From: Sarea resinae
Taxonomy: Eukaryota
Reading direction: 5' to 3'
Assembly: GCA_026026165.1 (NCBI GenBank)
Contig: JAPEUD010000005.1
Coordinates: forward strand, 310,001 to 374,000
Length of the DNA stretch: 64,000 nucleotides
Shown: positions 1 through 11,036 of the stretch, piece after piece
Layout: every line of letters starts with the position of its first letter
Numbering within the stretch: the first letter of the stretch is position 1
Notes under the pieces: generated by a model
What the model was told of the DNA's origin: nothing
The model's database searches: none
The model's input: only the letters and a program-made list of their open reading frames with translations
Translations under genes and position numbers: made by a program

Positions 1-777
1 CGTAGCTTCCTCCTCCATCTCTTCAAGGTTGCCGTACCGAGGGTCTTCTGATGGAAGGCGACCGTTGCAATTGAAGCCGGTTTCGTGAAGAGGCTGTTTG
101 GGGGCGGTGTTAGCTGCATTTGTCCAAAGCATCTCAGGGTAGCGGTTCGTGAAATGGAAAATCTATATCGACAGAAGTAGAATACGAAAGTTCGTTATAG
201 ATACCCAGAAACATTGTGTATGAGGTAGTACGACTGGAGGTGCGATACGGAAGCTTATACACGCTGCCGGGATCTGCCAAATTCTTGCATACGTAGGGTG
301 CCGTCCAAGCTTGCGAGTGCCAAGAAAAGAATTGATAACAGGTCGAAAGATATCAAAATGGGAACTCACATATCTCGGGGCAGGTCTATGTGGTAACTGA
401 AAGCCTCCTTCGATGATTCTGGTGGAAGTAGTCTGGAAGCTGGCAGGGTCTTCGTCGGCAACCTTCTCTGTATCCAAATGTTCTTCAGTGTCTTCCCCTT
501 GATCTTCCGAACGGTCGGCAAAATAGCTATGGTCCCGAGAATCGGAGATGTAGCCGTCGTTTTCTTGACGCTGACGCTGGCTTTCAGTTATCTCGTCAAA
601 TGGAGAAGAGCTGTCGTACAACTCGGTGGAGGACGAGGACACGGAGCAGGACCGAGATCGAGAGCCTATTTGAGTGCCCAATGGCAGCTCTGACGCTAGA
701 TCGTTGTCAGTAAACATATCCGGGCCATTCGCTTCGTCTGGCTGCTCTAGAGCAGGTTGATCCACGCTGGGATCCAT
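1..777 (-). CDS. Hypothetical intron-containing protein, truncated by the left window edge (acidic/Ser-rich N-terminus)
   Basis: ATG at 777 opens an acidic low-complexity ORF (MDPSVDQPALEQ...). A GTGAGT donor lies near 369. Another frame is open from ~162 to the window edge (IFHFTNRYPEMLWTNAANTAPKQ...). Exon structure uncertain; no family recognised. Confidence 0.45.
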
Positions 778-2749
778 GCTGCATGGAGCGAGTAGAGAGT
801 CAAGCTGATGTTGGCAAAAGGCAGTGATAATGAAAGAGAAAGGCGATTACACCCCAGCCTCTCCAGCAGGTCCTGCAAATAGCAAGAATGTAGTATGAAG
901 AGGCAAAACTCCTAGAAAGAGCAATTTTCATGCAGAGCTTGACCAAGTAAGTGGTCTCAAGTAGTGGAAAAAGGCGAAGGAAGAATGAAAAAGCGAAATA
1001 CCACAGCATGGAGACTTACACCTTTCGTCCTGGCAACGAGTCACAATATTCGACCAAATCGCCGCGGCGACGAGACCTGATACCACAGCAGCGGGTTGCC
1101 TAGTGACAGACTGTGCTCTGACCCTTTCGGGACGCCCAGCAGATTGAACTTTCCTTCACTGGCAAGCTATTGTTGTCGACATCTCTAGCCTCAGCAAAAA
1201 CCGAACAGGAGAGTTTTGGTCAAGAGGCAAGATGGGAGAGCTATCAAAAGAACAGCATGCGAAGCCGGAAATTTCCCGATCGCAAATAGCTATGGAGGCT
1301 GAGTGAAGACGATACAATAAGTACTCTCGGGAGTCTTCTGTTCCACCCGATTTCCAAGGATCAAGCACCTTTCTGACTCCAACCGGTAGGCTTCAAAAGG
1401 GCCCTAATTTCTATGCCAGAAAACTCATAGAGTGTTCCTGAGAGCGAGACCGGGTGGATGACCACCAATTTCCGGTCTATATATAATTGAGACGGTCGGC
1501 TTTGAGGCTCGCCACTCCCGCTTCGGAAGTCGATCGAGCACGACCGGCTGCAGGAGATCAAGGGAGAAGACGAACGTCGATAGAAACGATGGGATTCAAG
1601 ATGGCTTGAAAGAGGAAGTACGCTTCTGTATTGGACGATGGCTTTCTGATGTTCGATACTGAACTACGCTAAACGCAACACCACTACACTATGGCGATAC
1701 CGAGTTAGCGATGCTGCCAAACAGCCAACAGCTGAGGGTATCTGGAAGATTACCGATTCCTACCTATGCACTAGTCCTTTGCGGCTCAAGCATGAAGCAA
1801 TCCTTCCATGTTTCGTTCACTTGCAGCAAATGACGATGATGCTGTTGCCTTGGTTGCGAGTGACATGGAATGGAAACCTCAGTCTTCCGGCTCGACGACA
1901 GCGGAAACAAAATATACAAACAGACTCGCTCGGTCACTGAAGTATTGTAGTACTGACAGGCCTCAGGCTCAGGCACCAGGGTCCGAGGGTCGGTGTCGTG
2001 TCGCGTGGATTACCCGGCGATGACGATGGATAAAGTGGAATTGGAAGTTTCTGCCGGTTCCCACGGTTCCTGGCTAAGGTAACGGGTGGAGGGCGGAAAC
2101 CAACCCCATTGGGGCATCGTCTACCGAACTGGAGGGACCGAAGACCTCGAACTTCACGGAGTAGCCACAAAGCAACCTCGACGGCATTCTGGCTCTTCGG
2201 GCGTCCCCTTACAGATATATGCTTGAAAGCCAATGATAATGTCTCGATCGGAACCTTAGAGAGCCGCACTCATAGACTGGTGTACTGAGGGATTGCATAT
2301 TCTATCACTTGATATGATATCCAGCATTCGACAGCTCGATTGAGTACGGCGTCAATCGTCCCCCAGTAGTCTTCTGAGGGCCTGATAAGTCTATATGTAC
2401 TACTACATACGGAGTGCTGTGCTGAAAACATACAGAAGCTCCGACATTCAACATTCCGCCATCAGAAAGCGAAGCCGCTGTTTTTATTTCGAGAGGGCTG
2501 GAACGGGCAAGGAATCATAGATTCGATTCGAAGGCTACCTACTTTTCCAACTGTATGACGCGACGGTATTAACGCATGTTTGCTACATAGGAATGAATGA
2601 ATATTTATCGCACTTGATGGTCTGGATATGATATGAAATGTCATTGTCCCATAAGCACCCCCCTACATACGCCATGACCCATTGCAGTATTTGAAGACTA
2701 GACGGAGAAGTGAACTCAAGGCCCCGCTGAAGCTACCCAGTTCCTGCAT

Positions 2750-4302
2750 ACATGTCGACTTCCCCTTTCATACTAGCCTCCTCGATCGCCCCTCGGGGAG
2801 TTAGAGGCCAGGGTAACTGACTATCGGTCAGGGTAAACACTATCGGGGCTTTAGTAGGACTATCTGAAAGGTAAAGGAGTCTGAGCTTTGTGTTCCTTCG
2901 AGCCCGAGTGGGGCTCTGAACTTCCAACTTGCCCTCTTTGGATGACTGTTGGACGTTCAACTTCCATCTACGCCACATTTCACATATGCATTTAAGCAGC
3001 TCTTTTCCTGAACCCGCTGTTCGAGCTCCAAGAAGCTATCACCCACCATTAACCTAGCGCCTCGATAGAGAAACCCGCGAGCCGCATGAACGCTTCTTCA
3101 TTTGCCCTTCACCCCTTTTTGCGGGGGTTTAAACGACTGGCGTGGTCCCCTAGCTGCTGCCGCAATATTTCGTTTTCCTTCTCGAGTTGCTCGATTACCG
3201 CTCAAGCCGAAGCAGCATGTAAACAAGCCTTCAATTCGAATGAAGCTCTCAAGGAAGATCTGATTTTGTTGTTTGGTTGTGTCTTGAGGGATCTGTTTCG
3301 GGTTCAAGAGTGGGTCTACCGAAGGATCAAATGCCGGCGTGGACCCGAGGATAAGATCTGATGTTGTTGTTTAAACGCCAGTAGCTGTGAAATGCCAACA
3401 CGTCTCTCTCGCTCTACTGATGTCCATATCTGTCTGGATTTTTCGTATTTCATAATGGAAAAGCATCGATATCCTGCCTTTGAAGAGCCTCTTTATGTAG
3501 CTCACGACATCACACCAAGCTGGTCCTGATTTCTAATATATCTCCAAGCTCCACAATCTAAGCAGTCAGCAGTGAAGACGATGTGTATGCCAGTAGGCCA
3601 TCATTGACACTTAGTTCTTGCTGACACATCCATCATATTCCGAAGGAGTACGTAGTATCCCCCGGCGCAGCTATGATTGCTGGGCTTTAAACGTATTCCT
3701 CAACGTCGACAACACTCAGGCTCTTACGATAGACTCGCTAGATGCTTGTCCTCTCCTTCGCTGCACTGCATCTAATCTCTCCAAATCTCTTCAGCCTCTG
3801 GTAACTGGCGCGTGATGTAAGATTGAGACGACTATCTGAGTGTTGGTGTAACCTGATTGATGGATATCACAAGGCTCCCGGCTTTATCTTTTTGTTCAAG
3901 CGGCCTGCTTTCTTATCGGACAATAGATTTGCTCTCCTATTCAGCACCTAGGCTGTTGCAGCTCTTCTGGTATACCTCAGTAAAGATAGACGTAAAATAG
4001 TCTGAACCACCTGCAGGTGCCAGCACACCGAATGTCAACTCTTACCGCCAGCATGGCCGAGATCTTCTCGTGGTATTAGAGCTCCACACTTCGTCTCACA
4101 TGGTTTCTCCTACCGCCGAGCAAGATATACTGTTGCGCGGCAGGCCTCTCCGTCTAGCATCAATCTTTCGCCATGCACGAACCCTTCAGACTTCTGATCC
4201 CGACGTTCTCTTAGCTCAGGCATACTATTAATAAAGTGCCTGGCCTGCACAGATGTTTAGTGGCTGTGCCTGGCTTGCACAAATGTTTGGTGGCTGCCCG
4301 TA
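2750..4302 (-). mobile_element. Degenerate pogo/Fot1-like (Tc1-mariner, DDE_1) transposon relic
   Basis: Colinear minus-strand fragments: SGYTNTQI (~3856-3833; cf. SGWTNxxI), LLAYTS..LDCG (3596-3550; cf. LPxHTSHxxQPLDVG) and IEQLEKENEILRQQL (3195-3151; Fot1-type C-terminal coiled coil). A 2x30-bp terminal-type repeat ends ...GCCCGTA at 4302. Left boundary approximate. Confidence 0.55.
4236..4295. repeat. Tandem direct repeat, 2 x 30 bp (likely transposon terminal/subterminal repeat)
   Basis: gtgcctggcctgcacagatgtttagtggct / gtgcctggcttgcacaaatgtttggtggct; 3 mismatches, all transitions. Confidence 0.9.
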
Positions 4303-4399
4303 CATAGGACAGCTATCAATGAAGGCTAAAGGACATTGGTAGGTCTCTATAAGTAGGGTATCTGCCATGATAATTTCTTTGAAGGTTAAAGAAAGGGGT

Positions 4400-6200
4400 T
4401 ATGGTATCTATCCTCTGTATTAGCTGTATCTATACCGTGTAGATTCATACTGTGAAGTTAGATGCCTAGGTAGAGTGGCACCATCTAGATAAAGGAACAC
4501 GCCCACAGCAGCAATAGTGTGAGATGTAAAACACAGTCCGTTCAATACAACGTATCGGATCACCTTTCGACCGATGGCTTACTTGGACAGACAGCAAGCA
4601 GCCTGGCAGATCTTGTCGCTGTAAACGGATCTGATGATCCATAATGCTTTGCTTTGTGTGTCCTCTAGAATAGCTAGGTAGGGTATTAGACTTTGCCGTA
4701 AGAAAGACATAGAATAAGTGCATCCTAGAGTTTGGATGCTGAAGAACAAGGTACTCCTCTCGAGCTCCCTCGTCGTAACATAGCCCTGTCGGCTCTAGGC
4801 AATTGCCGCTTCTTGTGTATCGCCTCCCCTGAAATAGGTGATCTGGCTTCGTCGAAGAATAGAGACATCAGTTTATAGCTCGTGCATTTAAACATTATCT
4901 TCTATAGTCTGCACTTCCAAGCGGACGGATTATCAAATCTTCTTTAGATCTTCAAAGACAGGTTTTGCTGTCTTGATAGAATTATCGCGGGCGACCTGGG
5001 ATGGTCGCATTTTGGATGCTGCGAACGAGTGCAGGGTAGATACTACATATGTCGTCTTTCCAACCAGATATTCGACGATCCCATAGAGTGGCTGTCGTAA
5101 GCACATGAGAGAGCCTCTTCCAAGTCTTTTTTGGCTTTCAAGGCCATGTTGAAATGTCAGCTTGTCATGCGTTGATAGAGGTTGAATCCAAGGACAAGAA
5201 TCATGGACCTGAAAGGAGTTTTGCAAACAGGTCGAGCTGGTGACCTTGGTATCGAGGGGCTCTGGGTAGAAATTCTTCTCAGCTATATTTCGAGCTCTAT
5301 GTTATCTGTGTGAATGCATTCTAAGTATGAAGAGCCTTCTCATCATTGTTCCACGGTATTGTGCAAATTGCTTCTGCTTATGTTTAAAGTAAGCTAGATA
5401 TTAGTCCTTAACTATTCAACGCTAGATCTCTAGCTAGTTTCCTTGTCAAGAGAGCAAGTCTGAGCTAGGACCCACGCGTCCTACAATCTTGAACATGATT
5501 GTTGATAAAAGTTAGCGGAAGATGAGTATAAGGTGTTAAAGACTGAGAGTTATGTGATGCTTTCGAAGTTGAATGGACAGTCATTGCGACGTGCGTGGAA
5601 CGACCCAGCGTGAGAGAATGGAAGGGCTTCATCAAGGTGCTTGATCCAGACCCTGAAGCTAGCTCATGCTTCATCCCAAGATACAAAGAAAGGGACAGAT
5701 ACACCAAGTATGAATCTAGTAGCTCAACAAGATCCGAGGAAGTCGTATGCTGGTGCATATGTTCAGGGTTGAGGAACACAAATCTAGCGGAAGCCAGAAG
5801 GAGGCCAATTGATGTCCACCTGGTGGTCTACCCGGCCCATGCCTCGAGCGTCTCGCTACCTGGAGGAAGCCTACCCGGATTATTTACTGATTTCCGGTAT
5901 CATATAGAGGTATATACTGCTGCAGCCTCCTTCCCAGGGGTATAACAGAGTCGGTTTCACAGGATCTTGTAACAAACAACAGTTTTGATCGTTAATGATT
6001 TATGCCAGCCCGTTAGCCTCCCAGCTCTTTTCAGGAATTATTCGGAGAGTTGCATAAGGCTCATGAACCGACATCTAGGCTGGCCATCTTCCGGGACCAC
6101 AGCAGAAGGCGAGGCTCGGAAGGGTGACTACGCTTCCTCTCGCGCACTGTGCCACAGATTAGGATTCTTATGTGGATATGAGAAAAATATATTCTGTCTT
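4400..6200 (-). mobile_element. Degenerate hAT-family transposase relic
   Basis: Minus-strand motifs in hAT order: WTS (5818-5810; cf. DxWTS), VQDCRTR (5494-5474; cf. QDVxTRWNS), KKDLEEALSCAYD (~5134-5096), ARLLAVCPSKPSVER (~4608-4564; cf. ARDxLxxPASxxxVERxFS) and HYCCCGR (4519-4499; cf. HYRRGRL). Many stops and frameshifts; boundaries approximate. Confidence 0.6.
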
Positions 6201-6249
6201 CAATATTTTGCATTTTCTTTCTGACGCCAAAGCATTTTGTCGGACGTTT

Positions 6250-8400
6250 GATCTCTTGTATTTACGCTCTCATACTCTGCGCGATCAGACTTGCTGATTG
6301 TTCCACCAGCGTCTCCTATTCCGTTGGAGCGTTCTCAGCCAAGTTCATTAAGCTCCCTCGGGCTCTTTTCGTGCATCCCATCGCCCGCTTGACACGACGG
6401 CAGGATCAAATCGTTCTCGTCCCTCGTGGAATGTGAATGAATCTCCCTCATTTCTGCGGGAATCCGGCTCGAGAAGCTCTAATTTCGGCATTCTCATCGG
6501 CCAGTTGAGGGCTGCGGAATTTAATCCGTGAAACCAGATACGATGCCTGAAAAGGTATTAAACATCTGAGCCCAATGACCGAGCACCCTCGACGGGACTT
6601 CTTTGTTTCGACTACATGTTGTTTTCCGAAAATGGACAGCGAGTCACGCCTCTTGAGGTATTATTAAGCCTTGTCTGATCTCCAGACGACCTTGTTGCAC
6701 CTGGAAATTTCAGCGACTCTGTCCACGGAGGGTCTTCAGATTCGAAAAAGGATGTTGGTTAAATTTGAAAGCCTCCGCCATTCCCGAAGCTTGATAATCG
6801 GCATAATACCTGGGGAAGAATGGCCTTTTGCCAGTCTCCAGGTGCGAAGGATGGACGATCGCCCATGCCTATGGATTGCAGAATTCAAATCGACTGGGCA
6901 TTGGAGCCTTGCGCTGCTGTACGAGATCAGCGTTAGGGGCTTGAGGTGTATGCTGGGTTTGTAACCTTTCACGTGAGCGTAGATTAGTGAGAGAAATAGG
7001 CTGCAAGGAAGATCTGCAGTGGTCGATTTCCTGTCGTCGGTCTTGGTAGACGCGTAGTTGCTTTCGTGTCAAAAATGGCTGTTCTACCGGCCTTGCCGCC
7101 ATTTCGGCTTGTCTTTGCGTTCTCAAGGAGTCGATAGAAGTTCCCATTCTCTTTTCAAGCAGAGACACGGGACTTGGCTTGATCTCTAAGCGGATACTTC
7201 GTCGGACTTGTTGGCATTGGCGCCTAGCCTGAGGTTGTCAATGACATCGAGATCTTGGGTCAGTAGTGGACTCCATAATAGGGCCAAAGCCATGTGATCG
7301 CCTCGCAGCCCTTTCTGATTGAAGAGACTCTCAACGTTCCAAGAAATCTGAGGAGAATCAATACTTGCAACCACCGGTCTTATCATTAGTGTGGAATTGT
7401 TCACAGCACCAGCTGCTGAGGCCGGCTCAAGACTGACCGCCAGCCATAGATCCTTCGGCTGGCTTAGCATCGACAACACTTCCGGCCATGACTTACTTCA
7501 TCTTAGACAAATGATTCTACCGCACCTGATCTCCTTCATCGTGTGAGCCTTCTTAGTACCGTCATTTTGACCGGCCTGCTATAGACACACTATCAAGATC
7601 ATGACAACATGCAACAAGCCACGACACCAACGTTTAAGATAGTCATTCGTAGCCTGACTCAGTGTAAGGCCAGTTATGGATCTTCGCCCATTCTGGAGAT
7701 ATTGTTCATGTCGTGTCTGCTACTTGTGGTTCAGACGCTCTCCATCGTTATCGTTACCAGCCAGCGAGCGGGTTTCCATTGGGCCAGCAGCCCATTGGCA
7801 GCCCTGACGATGATGGGTCTGACGGGTGTCCGTGCTGCTGTTTAATACTGTTATCGTTCTCTTCTGTCCTCTGTAAAGGCACTTTCCATTATCGTAATTT
7901 AGTATTTTCGTTCATGATTTCCAACCGGCCCCCGACCCCGGGCTTCGTCTTGGGCCAGCGGCCCGTTGACAGCCCTGACGATGATGGGCCGGATGGGTGT
8001 CCGTGCTGCAATGTCAAATTGGTACTGATATTGCTCTCTTCTGTCCTCTATAAAGGCACTCTCCATTATCATACTCTGGTTTTCCGTCGATGTTTGCCAA
8101 TTAGGCCCCGACCCCGGACTTTACTTTCGAACATCGCATCATGGGTAGCCCTGATGATGGGGCGTATGGGAGTCCGTGCCATGGATTATGGCTGATTCTG
8201 TCCTCTGCTGTCCTCTGTAATGGCGCTTTCTGTTATCAAACTTTAGTTTCTTGCGCCTATGATCACCACTCAGGCTCCCAAGCCCGGACTTCTTGCATAT
8301 CGCACGTCGAAATTGTCCTGTCGTCCTTGTGTAATCCACCTCATGCCTTGCAGAACACGTTACAAGTTGTTCTTTGCAATCAAAGGCTGGAAAGGCTCAT
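6250..8400 (-). pseudogene. Probable decayed protein-coding sequence of unknown family, containing an internal 3-unit repeat
   Basis: A chain of short minus-strand ORFs (8339-8139, 7479-7186, 7168-6869) broken by stops and frameshifts. The repeat units translate to similar peptides (xDNxxxxYRGQxR...TD...HHxQG). Confidence 0.3.
7780..8250. repeat. Imperfect tandem repeat, 3 units of ~170-185 bp
   Basis: The block cagccctgacgatgatggg...gtccgtgc...ctgtcctctgtaaaggcac...ttatc recurs at ~7799, ~7971 and ~8147. Confidence 0.85.
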
Positions 8401-8499
8401 GGACTAAAGAATTAGTGACTCTCTTTGATCATAGAATTCGATGCCATATGTCTGCTCATTATCTATCATGATAGACAAGAGTACATGTTGCCCTGTCGA

Positions 8500-11036
8500 G
8501 TGAAATACTACCTAGAGAGGCCTGGAAAGCAGACGGCTTGGCCGGGTTCGCAATGATCTCGTTCCATCATTCTTCGTCTGAATGATCAGCAAAACCAGCC
8601 TTTCATATAGCTGACAGTCATATAATTATAGATCCCCGGGATTTCTTGTGCGGCAAGCACCCCCACCCTGGAGAAGATGGTAATGGTGCTGCTCAATTCT
8701 TTGATGCGAATTTCCTCTTCGAAAGGCCAGCTTCATATGGCTTTTTGGCCGGAGCGTTTTATTCAGTATCTGACGACTTCATTATGCTTCCGTCCTTCAA
8801 CCAGCATCTCTTCCGGCCGCACCGCTTCCAGTGCGGCCTGTTGAGTGAACGGCCTCTTTCTGAAGAGCTTTATGGAAAAGGTCTATGAGATTAGTCGTGC
8901 CACTTAGCTGAGAAGCGCCTGCTCGACTGCTAAGGCTCTGAGCCATTCAGTACTAAGCCTGTCGTTTCTTTCCGGTTTCCTGACCCGACGGCTATTTAGA
9001 AGCTCATCGCCCAGGCCCATCGTCTCTATCCTTTTTCGACGTCGGTGCCGCCAATGTCCACTTGCAAAGTCAATCTTATTCATTCGCGTCTCTAAGGACA
9101 ACAACAACGCCAGATTAGGCCGAAATCTCCACAGTCTCGGCAGCGAGGCAGCGAGCTTCGAAGATAATCATCTGGTTCTGATCAACCTTGCCTGTTCAGC
9201 GGCTTTCTTTTGAAAACACACCGTCGACTAGCCAGAGGATAAAGGAGAGAAGAATCTGTGCGTTTGAGTGGAAGGATGTTCATAAATCAAGGCCGAAAGA
9301 CAAGTCCACATGGAGATCAAGGACGTATCAGGTCTGATGCTGTACGTGTTTCGTGCGGAATTGTCCCTGGGGGAGTTGGCTGTTGTAATGACATCTTCAA
9401 AGTCCCTGATAGTTCTTTTGCCGGAAAACAATCCTGCGGATGATGAGATTTTACTACCCCTAGGGCAAAGAAGAATGTTTCTTTGATCTGAGGCCGGTAA
9501 GGATCCAACGGGCGCAAAGGGTTATGCCAACAGAAAGCGTAATCTTCTCACTATTAATAGCAGAGACTCACCTACTCGCTATGGGCAGCAGTAGAGTGAA
9601 CCACGGTGAATCCTTTCTCCTTGGCCCCAAATCGTGGATACTGGATAGTGAGTCTCAACTCCCGCTGTTTATCGATCTGCGTTAGTCTCCTTAACGTATA
9701 GCATGTCCATTAAACTCCTTCTTTCCGTATATTCCATACAAAGGAAATCCTGGACTTTGGATCCCGCACACGCTGAAGTTCTGGTTGCAGCCCATGATGC
9801 CTTACACTGCTAGTACCAAGGGCACACCACCTTCTTGTCTGCGTGGCTCGAGTACTAGATGTCAGGTGAGAAGGCTGGGCAATCAAAGGGAAAGGCACAA
9901 GACATGAAATAGAGTTGTTCCAAACGTTTCATGATATGTCTGCAACTGCTCACCAGCGAGAGGCAGCAGCCCGGCTTTTCGAGCTGCCTCGACATCCCCA
10001 TAGGAGATGGGAGGGTTTCATCATTCTGGCTCTTCTGCCATTTCTTCGTCAGTGTAATAGGGTGTATGCAATGATAATGCAAAGCGCAGCCAAACCCGTA
10101 CTTCTCAGCGCTCGTTTGCAAGGGAAAGTCGGCTGCAGCGCGTTTCCCCATATTGCGCAATGCAAGAGAGAAAAGAAAATAATACAGAAGTGATCCCGAT
10201 CATTCGCAGACTGCATGGTTGCCCTGATTGTTGTCAGAACATACTCGGATTTTGATATAGACTGCATCACAGAGACCGATAGTTCATTCGCCTGGATGTT
10301 GAGTGTTGAATCGAAGCGCGGCCCGTTCTTGCTTTTTCTCGCTGTCATTGTAAGTGCAGCCATCTTCTGTTCGACCTCGATGTGCAAGCGAAGCTGATAA
10401 GTCTTTGTTGCAGGAAAGAGAGTTTACCAGAGGCTTGAGAAGCTTGATATCTGAGTCCGGCCCGTTCGTTTAGGCCTTCGTCTTCTCTGTTTCGAAAAGA
10501 AATCAAGGCCAAGACCTGGTCCAAGAATACACCAAGAGGTTATTTGCCCTTGTTTCTAGATGTTCACCCTCAGATATTTCTCGATCCCTGTTACGTCTCC
10601 TTTTCCTTTGACATCCTCGATCCCATTTCTCTCGAACCAAGCCGGAGGTTCCCAGCTTTTCTGTCTGGGCCAGATACTGACATGGTTTTCTATGAAATCA
10701 GTCTCTGGATACCCTCTAGGCTTGAGGTGTTGATCGCTTGTCTTGTCCTTTGATGAGCGGTTGAGACAACTGCAGGGCTCACACACAATACAAACAATCG
10801 TGCAGACAAGGTGAGTCGTAGCCCTTTAGGCAGAGATAAACTTCGTATATTAAACATAGGCAGCCTCGAGGTTTAATGCCATAATTGGCTCGGTTAGAGG
10901 AGCGCGGCAGACTGTCAAAGAAGATGACAATCGGGCTAAGACCAGTAGAGCAACGGATGTGACGTTGGAGGTGACGTTGGAGGTGATGCTGGAACTAGAG
11001 GAAAAGAAGAGAAACTCTAGAATGAGCATCCTCCAT
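8500..11036 (-). pseudogene. Decayed DUF3435-like tyrosine recombinase (putative Starship 'captain')
   Basis: 10786->10049 is one frame broken by 2 stops (..ISSFSSLW*TL..TYQLRLHIEV..ANDRDHFCIIFFSLLHC). It is followed by ITLTKKWQK..PGCCLSL, then G..TCYTLRR..(N)xIDK at ~9718-9668 (cf. captain YxxRRGxxNxID) and QDCFSG..RD (~9437-9363). Candidate ATG at 11036. Recognised by motif resemblance only. Confidence 0.5.

Noticed and set aside
2665..2690. ACATACGCCATGACCCATTGCA resembles the 5' end of fungal 5S rRNA (a known target of some Starships)
   Set aside because: Only ~22 nt with indels and no downstream 5S box A/C similarity; compatible with chance.
7780..8250. Possible CRISPR-like repeat/spacer array
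   Set aside because: Eukaryotic context, long diverged units, no unique spacers and no cas genes.
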